From an uncultured archaeon (GTDB lineage Archaea; Nanobdellota; Nanobdellia; Pacearchaeales; GW2011-AR1), in contig CAIQQL010000042.1 of NCBI GenBank assembly GCA_903873955.1, positions 1-44,099 of the forward strand: 44,099 bases of DNA. Reading direction: 5' to 3'. The notes beneath the pieces were generated by a model. It worked only from the letters and a program-made list of their open reading frames with translations, did no database searches and was not told the DNA's origin. The position numbers and the translations under genes were made by a program. This document shows, one piece after another, positions 8,993-16,987 of the stretch. Each line of letters opens with the position of its first letter. Position 1 is the first letter of the stretch.

Positions 8993-10030
8993 TCATCGTT
9001 TTCTTTTTCTTAAAGCCAAAAAAAGGAATATTGCTGAAAGCAGGACCATCATAAGGACAATTACGGAGGTATAACCTTGAAGACTAATCTTAATGAACAT
9101 CGGAAAAGCTCCGCATATTAAAGCCAAGGTGGTCAGCCCAAAGGAAAATCCGGGCCTTCCTGGCAAGACATCAGAGATTGCAACCAAGGTTATCGGCATG
9201 GTCATATTAAACAAGAACATCCCCAAGATCCCCAGAAAAGGATTGCCTGCCCACAGGGACAGGAGCAACGAAGAGATGACCAAGGAAGAAACACCTACTT
9301 TTATCCATCCAAACCTGTCAGCAAATAATCCTCCCAGGCTTTTCCCAAAAAAAACACCCAAAGTTAAAAAGACCATGAGCAAAAAGTTTGATTTCCAGGG
9401 AAAAACAATGACCGATCCGACAAAGGCACGAATTGCAACAGAGAGCAACAAGAATAAGATGATCAGCTCAAAAATGTCGATGTTTTTCGCCCTTTTTCCT
9501 TTTTTGTAGTCTATGTCGGGGATCCTTGTACTGCTGACAAAAAAGAAGCAAAGCAATAGCAGGACCAAGAGAGGGAGCATACTAAATCCGGCAGACCTCC
9601 CATACAAACCACCGATAAGGAGCCCTATTGCCCCTGGAGCAACAAATATTCCGGGAGCGGTCGCCTTTCTGGGGAGGATGTTTAAACTGACCGTACCTGC
9701 GCCAATATGAAAGAGGGCATTGCCAAAACCTAAAAGAAGCATCGTAAACAAAGGAGAAAGATAGTAGAAAGCTAAAGAAAGAATCAATAAGAAAATACCT
9801 GCTAACGCAACCAATCTGGGCTTTTGCAGCCTATCGCTGTAAAGTCCAATAAATGGCTGCGTCCCAAATGCAAGCAGATTATAGGCCAGTACAAGCGTGA
9901 AAAAATAGGATGCGGAGAGATCATAGAAGCTTAACGATGCGAAAAGCAAGGCACAACACGTTGCATCTACAATACCGTGGCTCAACCCATACAAACCCAG
10001 GATCCGAACAGAAGACCTTGCATTATCCAT
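8993..10030 (-). CDS. polytopic membrane protein (about 10 TM, possible transporter)
   Basis: 345-aa hydrophobic ORF. The loop YSDRLQKPRL resembles MFS-type cytoplasmic loop motifs, but the assignment is weak. Confidence 0.45.
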   Translation of the reverse strand: MDNARSSVRILGLYGLSHGIVDATCCALLFASLSFYDLSASYFFTLVLAYNLLAFGTQPFIGLYSDRLQKPRLVALAGIFLLILSLAFYYLSPLFTMLLLGFGNALFHIGAGTVSLNILPRKATAPGIFVAPGAIGLLIGGLYGRSAGFSMLPLLVLLLLCFFFVSSTRIPDIDYKKGKRAKNIDIFELIILFLLLSVAIRAFVGSVIVFPWKSNFLLMVFLTLGVFFGKSLGGLFADRFGWIKVGVSSLVISSLLLSLWAGNPFLGILGMFLFNMTMPITLVAISDVLPGRPGFSFGLTTLALICGAFPMFIKISLQGYTSVIVLMMVLLSAIFLFLALRKRKR

Positions 10031-10074
10031 GCAGCAGTATCTGTCAACTTGTCCTTAAAAATAATTGCCTGAGT

Positions 10075-10437
10075 ATGAACATATTGGAAACCCAAGATGC
10101 CCTTATCAAGAGACAGCGAAGATTGCCACGAGAACTATATGTTTTTATAGTTCATACACCTGCCTATTTTATGGAAAAAGACATCGATAGAATCGCAAAA
10201 GGCCATGATACGGACATTGTTATCCGTATTGATGACTTTGGAGGAAAACGTGGGTTGACCATAAGAGAGTATGTGACTTCTGAAAGATACACTGGATTTA
10301 CCAAGTCAGGCCTTCGCATCCCTGCAGACAAGTTTATCCTGTTCAAAAAAATCATCAATGGGATAGACGAAAAAGAATTTGAAGCAGAGCCAACCCCTGC
10401 CCCGGCACAAGTAACCAGTGAAGAAAAGACAGAATAA
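10075..10437 (+). CDS. PC4/Sub1-like ssDNA-binding domain protein
   Basis: The core IVIRIDDFGGKRGLTIREYVTSERYTGFTKSGLRIPADKFILFKKIINGID parallels the PC4 C-terminal domain pattern (..vRdFkGk.liDIREY....g...p.kKGIsL....w..l...i..id). I chose the start at ATG 10075 because the tracked start at 9910 overlaps the convergent membrane gene. Confidence 0.6.
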   Translation: MNILETQDALIKRQRRLPRELYVFIVHTPAYFMEKDIDRIAKGHDTDIVIRIDDFGGKRGLTIREYVTSERYTGFTKSGLRIPADKFILFKKIINGIDEKEFEAEPTPAPAQVTSEEKTE

Positions 10438-10463
10438 AAGTAATTCAGTCCAGGGTTTGAGGT

Positions 10464-11339
10464 TTAATTTTCAGTGGCAGGTTTTTCGTCTTTCTTTGCG
10501 ACAATCACTTTGATCTCACCATTTTGCCAGGCCTTCAGGACATATCTTGCAGTCTTATCAAGATCAGCATTATTTCCACGAAGCATGAATCCTTTCTTAC
10601 GCCCCAAGACATCAAGCAGAACTTCTACGTCACCTTTTGCATCAATCCCATAGTACGCTTCAAATAACAAAGGATGGGCCTTCATAAGCTCGGAAAGGAC
10701 AAAATCCGGATTCTTTACTTTGTCATAGGTTCGAACACCTATCTCAGCATGTTTTTTCAGATCAGATGATTTCGTGGTAGAATCCTCGCCCTCCTTTATG
10801 ACTCCCGGGCTGTCCAGGATCAGGATATTTCTTGCAAACCTGATCTTCTGGATACCTCGAGTAAATCCTGCCTGTGCAGAGGTACCTGCAGACTTTCGTC
10901 CTGCAAGAAGATTGATGAGCGAGCTCTTACCAACATTGGGATAGCCGATAATCCCAACATGGGCAGTCTTATAGTTATTGCTCTTCCTTTTTGACTCAAT
11001 CTTGATCAAATCACGCAAACGTTTCCTTCCTATGACCGATTTACAGGAAAAAAACACATAGGGTCTTAGTTCCTGCAACTCAACATTCTTCTTTAGTTCG
11101 TTGATGTCCACTAAGTCTGCCTTATTAAAAACATAAACAAGGACCTTGCCCTGTGCCTTGATTTCATCCTCAAAAGTGATATTTCTGGTCTTTTCTATAA
11201 AACGTGCGTCAATCACCTCAAGGATGACATCTGATATGCGGATGACATCCCTCGCTAGCTTTGGGAACGGAACCCGATGGTTGTTACCAGTCTCAATCTT
11301 CCTTGTTCTTCTTGCAGAAAACGAAAAACGTACTCTCAT
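10464..11339 (-). CDS. circularly permuted ribosome-biogenesis GTPase (YlqF/RbgA/MMR1-HSR1 family)
   Basis: G4 NKADL precedes G1 GYPNVGKSSLIN and G3 DSPGV. This permuted order is diagnostic of the family. Confidence 0.8.
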   Translation of the reverse strand: MRVRFSFSARRTRKIETGNNHRVPFPKLARDVIRISDVILEVIDARFIEKTRNITFEDEIKAQGKVLVYVFNKADLVDINELKKNVELQELRPYVFFSCKSVIGRKRLRDLIKIESKRKSNNYKTAHVGIIGYPNVGKSSLINLLAGRKSAGTSAQAGFTRGIQKIRFARNILILDSPGVIKEGEDSTTKSSDLKKHAEIGVRTYDKVKNPDFVLSELMKAHPLLFEAYYGIDAKGDVEVLLDVLGRKKGFMLRGNNADLDKTARYVLKAWQNGEIKVIVAKKDEKPATEN

Positions 11340-11370
11340 AATAAACTAAGGTAAATAAGGTTTAATAACG

Positions 11371-11988
11371 TTACTTTAACGCCTCAGAGCGAGATCCTAA
11401 TAAACTACTTTCACGACCGTTTAGAAAAAGAAGCATGGCCTCTTTGGCAATCCGTTCCATCTCTGGCGCAGTGTATCCAGTTGTATCAATAATGATATCG
11501 TAATGACAAAGGTCATCAATATCCAGATGATAGTATTTTTTATATCTCAGACGCTCTGATGCCTTACGTTTCTTGATGTTCCTCAAGGTCTTTTGGAATG
11601 AGACATTCTCTTTTTCAGTAGCGCGATGCTGATTAAATATCCTTTTTGCCGATTCTTTTTCATCAACAGTCACCAGCACGCTTATAGCCTTGGGCAGGAA
11701 ATGCCATCCGATACGGGAGTCAATTACTACTTTCTTTTTTTTGGCAAGAGATCGTGTGAAATTGTCAATCTCCGTATCAATAAGAGGCGACTTCTGAGCC
11801 TGAGCTGATAATTCAAGCAATGAAACCCCTCTTCCTCTTGCCAGTTGGCGAGCATAATCTCCTGCGGAAAAGTGCTGCAAGGAGAAGGACTTCGCCAGGT
11901 ATTTTGCGATCGTTGATTTTCCTGACCCAGGTGTTCCAGAGACCACTATTTGTATATCCTTAGGCAGAGTTCTCGATTTTAGCGCCAT
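11371..11988 (-). CDS. cmk: archaeal-type cytidylate (CMP) kinase
   Basis: P-loop SGTPGSGKSTIAKYLA. The remainder follows the archaeal cmk pattern (SAGDYARQLA...IDTEID...VVIDSRIGWH...RYKKYYHLDIDDLCHYDIIIDT). Confidence 0.75.
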   Translation of the reverse strand: MALKSRTLPKDIQIVVSGTPGSGKSTIAKYLAKSFSLQHFSAGDYARQLARGRGVSLLELSAQAQKSPLIDTEIDNFTRSLAKKKKVVIDSRIGWHFLPKAISVLVTVDEKESAKRIFNQHRATEKENVSFQKTLRNIKKRKASERLRYKKYYHLDIDDLCHYDIIIDTTGYTAPEMERIAKEAMLLFLNGRESSLLGSRSEALK

Positions 11989-11991
11989 GGT

Positions 11992-13104
11992 TTATTCTTT
12001 ATAGATGAAGGAATCTAGAATCTTCTTTGCCTCTTCTTTCTTTTTTCTATGGGAGTCTAAGAAAAGATTTATCTTCTCAATAAGGATTTTCTTCAATTCT
12101 CCACTCAACATCCTTCCAGACTTATACTCCTCATAGATATGATCGAGCTTGGCATCATCAGGCTCAAAGAACATCCTGAGATATTGGTAAGAAACATCTA
12201 TGTCTGGATTTCCTCCAAGCCTGCGATGGTCTTCTATAGTTGACTGCCCACCTGAAAAGGCGTATTTGTTTATCTTTTTCTTGACTTCTTCAGGGGTGTC
12301 TGACAGGTATATGGTCCCCTCTTTTGATGCAGACATTTTTGGGTCTCCATAAAGGGAAGGAATGAACTTAGCATGGAGTGCTGCAGGTTTTGTAAAATGA
12401 AAGTCCCTATGTTCTGCCACATCACGGGTGAGCCTGATGAACGGATCCTGGTCGATGCCTACAGGAACGACCGTCATATGAGCCCCTCTCACAAACTGGG
12501 GAAAAAGTATATGCGCCGCCTGCATTGCTGGATAAAAACTCCAGCCGATGTTGTTTTCTGGCTTGAGACCAAAGACCGCTTTCGCTTCAGAGTAGGTTAT
12601 ACGCTTTGCAATCCTGGCTGCATAGCGATAGATCGAGGTATAGACAAAGTCCTCAAAAATGAACGTCTTTCCCGGTTTAAAACCCAATGCGATAAGATCC
12701 AAGATGTTATCTTCTGAATAACTGATTGCGTTCTCATAGGTTAGCTGGTCTTTGACATAGAACTTCTCATCATCGGAGATAGGTATGAACACTTCGCAGT
12801 CAAACTCATCCTGGAGGGATTTTGCGACAAGGAAAGGGACAAGATGCCCTAGATGCATACGTTCACTTGGTCCGCGACCAGTCAAAACCGAGACCTTCTT
12901 CCCGGCATCATGCGCCTCTAACCATTTATCAAAGTCACGATGGCTAAAATAGATCCCTCTTCGCAAAAGAGGATGTGCAGTCTTTAATCGGTTGTGTATT
13001 TTGTCATTGATAAAAGAAGTCCCAAAGTCCTTGACAAGCTTTTCATAGTTAACCTCTCCGGTTACATCCCAAGGTGTAACGCTAAAATTAGACTTAGTGG
13101 TCAT
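11992..13104 (-). CDS. trpS: tryptophanyl-tRNA synthetase, archaeal/eukaryal type
   Basis: VTPWDV...GRGPSERMHLGHLVPF (HIGH-type) and KMSASKEG (KMSKS-type). I prefer the start at ATG 13104 (MTTKSNFSVTPWDV) to the tracked 13179. A TATA-like TTTTTTAAAG sits about 26 nt upstream of 13104, and this start leaves room for the divergent msrB promoter. Confidence 0.88.
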   Translation of the reverse strand: MTTKSNFSVTPWDVTGEVNYEKLVKDFGTSFINDKIHNRLKTAHPLLRRGIYFSHRDFDKWLEAHDAGKKVSVLTGRGPSERMHLGHLVPFLVAKSLQDEFDCEVFIPISDDEKFYVKDQLTYENAISYSEDNILDLIALGFKPGKTFIFEDFVYTSIYRYAARIAKRITYSEAKAVFGLKPENNIGWSFYPAMQAAHILFPQFVRGAHMTVVPVGIDQDPFIRLTRDVAEHRDFHFTKPAALHAKFIPSLYGDPKMSASKEGTIYLSDTPEEVKKKINKYAFSGGQSTIEDHRRLGGNPDIDVSYQYLRMFFEPDDAKLDHIYEEYKSGRMLSGELKKILIEKINLFLDSHRKKKEEAKKILDSFIYKE

Positions 13105-13125
13105 AGAGTTATCATGAGAGGAAAC

Positions 13126-13135
13126 TTTAAAAAAG
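13126..13135 (-). promoter_or_regulatory. candidate TATA box for trpS-cmk-GTPase operon
   Basis: On the minus strand, CTTTTTTAAAG is centred about 26 nt upstream of ATG 13104. Confidence 0.35.
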
Positions 13136-13213
13136 TTTGTAGAGCGTCCAGGGGAAATAGACCCTGCCTGAAGATCCACAAACCTTAATAATTGCAGAGG
13201 GCTTCAAGATAAT

Positions 13214-13660
13214 ATGGAACAAAAGCCGGAGAGCTATTGGAAGAAAAAGCTTACCCCTTCACAGTTTAAGGTCCTACGAGAGGCAAATACTGAGATGCCT
13301 GGAACGGGAAACTTACTCCATAACAAAGAAACGGGAATCTATACCTGTGCTGGATGCGGCTCAGAACTGTTCTCTTCCGCAACAAAATTTGACTCTGGAA
13401 GCGGCTGGCCAAGTTTTTATGATGCTCTTGAAAACAATATAGAGCTTCATGAAGATACAAGTGAAGGCATGCAGCGCATCGAGGTCCGATGCCGCACTTG
13501 CGGAGGGCATCTAGGACACCTCTTTGATGACGGCCCTCTTCCTTCAGGACAAAGATACTGCATCAATTCCGCAGCATTACAGTTTAAGCAGACCATTGAT
13601 CCCTCGCCCTTAAAGAAAAAACGAGCAGGACTATCGAGCCGTAAAAAGAGACGATCCTAA
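13214..13660 (+). CDS. msrB: peptide-methionine (R)-S-oxide reductase MsrB with a short basic C-terminal tail
   Basis: Zn-binding CxxC pairs (CAGCGSELF, RCRTCGGHLGHLFDDGP), GWPSF and the catalytic RYCINS motif. Confidence 0.9.
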   Translation: MEQKPESYWKKKLTPSQFKVLREANTEMPGTGNLLHNKETGIYTCAGCGSELFSSATKFDSGSGWPSFYDALENNIELHEDTSEGMQRIEVRCRTCGGHLGHLFDDGPLPSGQRYCINSAALQFKQTIDPSPLKKKRAGLSSRKKRRS

Positions 13661-13832
13661 CAGAAAGAAAATCAGCAAAAATGAAATAAAAAACACAAAG
13701 AAATTTATCGTATTCTTTTTCATTATCACCTACCTATCCTCTTTCCCCATAAAGACCTTTCTATCCCACCTCCTCCTCGTATTCTTTACTTTAACTTCAT
13801 AGCCTTTAAAAGGACATTCACGATATATTTTT

Positions 13833-14678
13833 ATGGAATTTACCCTAAAAAAACCACTCCTTGGCGCAGAGATTGAGCTCTGTGTGTATGATATTGACAA
13901 GTCCCTTGCTGTCCCCCTACTGGAAGAAGCATTTGAAGAAGGCGTACGATTACAGAAGGTATTCAATTTCTATGATCTTGAGAGTGAGCTTTCATTATTG
14001 AATCACAAGCGAACTTTGGAAACTTCCCCAGAACTCCTGCAAGTACTCAAACAAGCCATTGCCATGGGCAAGGAAACCCAAGGAAGATACGATGTAAGCC
14101 TTGGAAAGCAGTTCCTTGAACAAAAAAGGGGGAAAAAGGTAAGTCCGGTCAATTGTTCGTACAAAAATATCCTTATCAAAGGCAATACCGTAACCCTGAC
14201 CCATCCTGATGTGTTAATTGACCTAGGAAGCATAGCCAAAGGATTCATTGGGGACCAGATTGTTGTCTTTTTTCAAAAGCAAGGCGTTGAAAACGGATTT
14301 GTTGATGTCCGAGGAGATTTACGTTTTTTCGGAACAAAGTCTGAACGCATTGCAATTGAGCACCCTCGTGACAAGACACAGTACTTCGCATTCCTTGAAC
14401 TGTCCAATGTAGGTGTTGCCACCTCAGGAGATTACCGTCAATTCACGGGAGACTACGACCATTGCCATATCCTAGGAAAGCAAGAGCTCATCTCGGTGAC
14501 GGTTGTCGCCCCAACCCTGACAGAAGCAGACGTATTTGCCACAGCGGTCTTCACTCTGGATGAACAGGAAAGGAAAAAACTGCTCGCTAAGAACCCCCAG
14601 ATCCAGGTGTTCACCATCGACCGATACTTAAAAGCAAAAACTTATAATGCGCTCATCATTAAAATGGAGGATAAGTAA
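13833..14678 (+). CDS. apbE: FAD:protein FMN transferase (ApbE family), no signal peptide visible
   Basis: IDLGSIAKGFIGD and VGVATSGDYRQF family motifs. The N-terminus MEFTLKKPLLGAEIELCVYD is not hydrophobic. Confidence 0.8.
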   Translation: MEFTLKKPLLGAEIELCVYDIDKSLAVPLLEEAFEEGVRLQKVFNFYDLESELSLLNHKRTLETSPELLQVLKQAIAMGKETQGRYDVSLGKQFLEQKRGKKVSPVNCSYKNILIKGNTVTLTHPDVLIDLGSIAKGFIGDQIVVFFQKQGVENGFVDVRGDLRFFGTKSERIAIEHPRDKTQYFAFLELSNVGVATSGDYRQFTGDYDHCHILGKQELISVTVVAPTLTEADVFATAVFTLDEQERKKLLAKNPQIQVFTIDRYLKAKTYNALIIKMEDK

Positions 14679-14679
14679 T

Positions 14680-16011
14680 ATGGGTGCCAATTCTAACATC
14701 AAATCAAAAGTCGGCCCATTGCTGATCATCCTTCTCGCTCTCGTGCCTGCAGTCATCTGGTTTATTGTCCGTCAGGGAACTGATCGGTTTAACGATTATG
14801 CAACGACTACTCACAGTCTCGGTCAACTTTCTGGGCTTATAGGCATGACTCTTTTTGCATTGTCCTTCTTGATGACCACACGTATGAAGATCATTGAAGA
14901 CTGGTTTGGAGGACTAGACAAAGTGTACAAAGCCCACCACCTGATGGGAGTTCTCGCATTTGTCCTTGTCCTCTTTCACCCTTTGTTGTTGGTAATCAAA
15001 TTTGTCCCCTCCCAGCTTTATCTTGCGGCAGTTTATCTGCTCCCCAGCTCAAGTTGGCCAGTAAATTTTGGCATTGTCGCCTTGCTTTCGATGATCCTCC
15101 TCATCGTGCTCACCATTTTTGCACATATGACCTACCAGAAATGGAAAGTCTCCCATAAATTTATGGGCCTGGTCTTCATCATAGCCTGCTTCCATGTATT
15201 TCTCGTAACTACCGATATCACCTTCTATCCTATCCTGAAATATTACATGCTAGGGATTAGTTTCTTGGGCCTTGCAGCATTTAGTTACACCTTGATCAAA
15301 CCAGTGTTACATACCTCATTACTTTATGAAGTAAGTAAAGTAAACACGCAATACCCCCAATTAACACTCATCTCTCTGAAGCCCAAGGGAAATTCACTTC
15401 AGTTCAAAGCAGGACAGTTTGTTTTTATAAAGATCAGGGGTTCAAACCTTCCTAAAGAACAGCACCCCTTCACCATAGCTTCGTCACCTAGTGAAAAGGA
15501 AATCACCCTGGCGATAAAATCGCTTGGAGACTACACTTCCCAGCTCAAGAATCTTCAGCCAGGAACCCCTGTCGAGATTGAAGGTCCCTATGGCCAGTTT
15601 GATTATCTTACCTGGAAAAGGCCGCAACTCTGGATTGCAGGAGGCATCGGGATCACACCGTTCTTAAGCATGGCTTCCTATGCTGCGGGAACTGGGCAAT
15701 TACCAGGACCAATAACGCTGTTTTATTGCACCAAGAACAGAGAAGAGTCAGTTTTCTTGCAAAAACTAGAGCAAATTTCTCAAAAGCTAGGCCAGGAAAA
15801 ATTCAAAGTCGTCCTCCATTGTTCCCAAGAAAACGGTTATCTAAATACCGAGTTCCTAGGACAACAGATGAACGGCCAAGGACAGCATATCCAAGATATG
15901 GACATCCTTCTTTGCGGTCCGCCAGCAATGATGGAGGGTCTTGCCAAAAGCTTTGAAAAGAAGGGGATAAAGAAAGGCCAGATTCATTATGAGGAGTTCA
16001 ATATCAAATGA
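14680..16011 (+). CDS. NOX/ferric-reductase-like flavocytochrome (6-TM ferric reductase domain fused to an FAD/NAD(P)H-binding FNR-like domain)
   Basis: Bis-histidine pairs in two helices: HHLMGVLAFVLVLFH (H-x13-H / H-x12-H) and HKFMGLVFIIACFH (H-x12-H). FAD motif HPFTIASSP, NAD(P)H motif IAGGIGITPF and C-terminal LLCGPP are present. GGAGG lies 10 nt upstream of ATG 14680, which is 1 nt after the apbE stop. Confidence 0.8.
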   Translation: MGANSNIKSKVGPLLIILLALVPAVIWFIVRQGTDRFNDYATTTHSLGQLSGLIGMTLFALSFLMTTRMKIIEDWFGGLDKVYKAHHLMGVLAFVLVLFHPLLLVIKFVPSQLYLAAVYLLPSSSWPVNFGIVALLSMILLIVLTIFAHMTYQKWKVSHKFMGLVFIIACFHVFLVTTDITFYPILKYYMLGISFLGLAAFSYTLIKPVLHTSLLYEVSKVNTQYPQLTLISLKPKGNSLQFKAGQFVFIKIRGSNLPKEQHPFTIASSPSEKEITLAIKSLGDYTSQLKNLQPGTPVEIEGPYGQFDYLTWKRPQLWIAGGIGITPFLSMASYAAGTGQLPGPITLFYCTKNREESVFLQKLEQISQKLGQEKFKVVLHCSQENGYLNTEFLGQQMNGQGQHIQDMDILLCGPPAMMEGLAKSFEKKGIKKGQIHYEEFNIK

Positions 16012-16364
16012 AAACAAAACTTTTAGTTGGCATATCCTTGGCAGTATTTGTTTTGCTAAGTGTGAACATTATTGCGTTTGGGTTAATTTTAGGAAATAAC
16101 CAAAACAACCAGCAACAGAAGATTATCCTACAGCAGAATACCACCGCAGCAATATCGCGTCAGCAAGACCCGCAGTCCGCAGTAATCTTAAACAACCAGA
16201 CTCAGGCAGCTACTGCCACAAGCACGGCAAGCACAAATTCTGGAAGCTCGACAAACAATGGAGCCGCATCCAGTACAACCACACAACAAAACACGATGAT
16301 GCCTCCGGTAACCACCACCCAGACTCAAACGAAGATGCCTCCACGCACCACAAGGGCCTCTTAA
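16008..16364 (+). CDS. N-terminally anchored low-complexity (Q/N/T/S-rich) extracytoplasmic protein
   Basis: ATGA overlap with the NOX-like gene. One TM (LLVGISLAVFVLLSVNIIAFGLIL) is followed by NQNNQQQKIILQQNTT...TATSTASTNSGSSTNNGAASSTTTQQ. Confidence 0.5.
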   Translation: MKTKLLVGISLAVFVLLSVNIIAFGLILGNNQNNQQQKIILQQNTTAAISRQQDPQSAVILNNQTQAATATSTASTNSGSSTNNGAASSTTTQQNTMMPPVTTTQTQTKMPPRTTRAS

Positions 16365-16411
16365 GAAGTTAAATGACTATTTTTAGGCGCAATGTCTCCA
16401 TATATTGAAGA

Positions 16412-16870
16412 TCAAGAAGAACTTAGGATATATCCATCTGCATCCACAAGTACTGCATGGTCGTCCGCCAGACTACGTTCCCCGTCAGGCGCCGCATCAT
16501 CGCCTGAAGAGCGATCTATAAAATAAAGGCTTTCGCCAGGAACAACGACATAATCCTGGTCAACATATTCAGAGGATAAAGCTTTCAAGGTTATATTCAA
16601 TGATCCGTCAGGCATCGTATTCCTTTGCAACTGAAAGCCGGATAATGCCTGTTGAGCCCCACGGTCTAGATTGACCACGGAGATAAGGTGGGCAAATGGC
16701 CAGTCAGGAGAATCAGTAATACGAACACGATTAGTTTGCATAGATGAACTCTTCAAATTAGGGCTAGGAGCATTAACCCCATATGCCCAACGCATGAGAA
16801 GATATCCTGACAAACAAACCAAAAATATTGCAAGGATGGCGAAAGTAATGGAAATCGTTTTATTTTTCAT
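16412..16870 (-). CDS. membrane-anchored or secreted hypothetical protein
   Basis: ATG start, N-terminal TM/signal segment ISITFAILAIFLVCLSGYLL and an acidic C-terminal domain. Confidence 0.45.
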   Translation of the reverse strand: MKNKTISITFAILAIFLVCLSGYLLMRWAYGVNAPSPNLKSSSMQTNRVRITDSPDWPFAHLISVVNLDRGAQQALSGFQLQRNTMPDGSLNITLKALSSEYVDQDYVVVPGESLYFIDRSSGDDAAPDGERSLADDHAVLVDADGYILSSS

Positions 16871-16987
16871 AATCAGATATATGCATCAACCCTTTTATCC
16901 TTTGTGAAAGTTACCCCCTAAAAAAGGATTTGAAAAAATCCTATAACCGGTTAGATAAAATAACGCTCAAATATAGACAGAAGAGTG

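Noticed and set aside
9910-10074. Tracked upstream start (9910) for the PC4-like gene.
   Set aside because: The extra 55 codons overlap the 5' end of the convergent or divergent membrane gene 8993..10030 and read as low-quality sequence (MRRDHRSLTMRKARHNT…). The conserved domain begins after ATG 10075.
13105-13179. Tracked longer N-terminus of TrpRS (MDLQAGSISPGRSTNFFKVSSHDNS).
   Set aside because: It has no similarity to TrpRS N-termini. It would leave only 34 bp for two divergent promoters, and it would place the TATA-like element inside the CDS.
13730-13966. 78-aa minus-strand ORF spanning the msrB-apbE spacer and the apbE 5' end.
   Set aside because: It overlaps the well-supported ApbE start, has an R/S-rich composition and shows no upstream signals.
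16200-16290. Possible ApbE flavinylation acceptor motif (…TNNGAASST…) in the Q/T-rich protein.
   Set aside because: The canonical acceptor is [ST]-G-A-[ST] preceded by D/N at -3. Here the residues flanking G-A are N and A, so the match is not credible.
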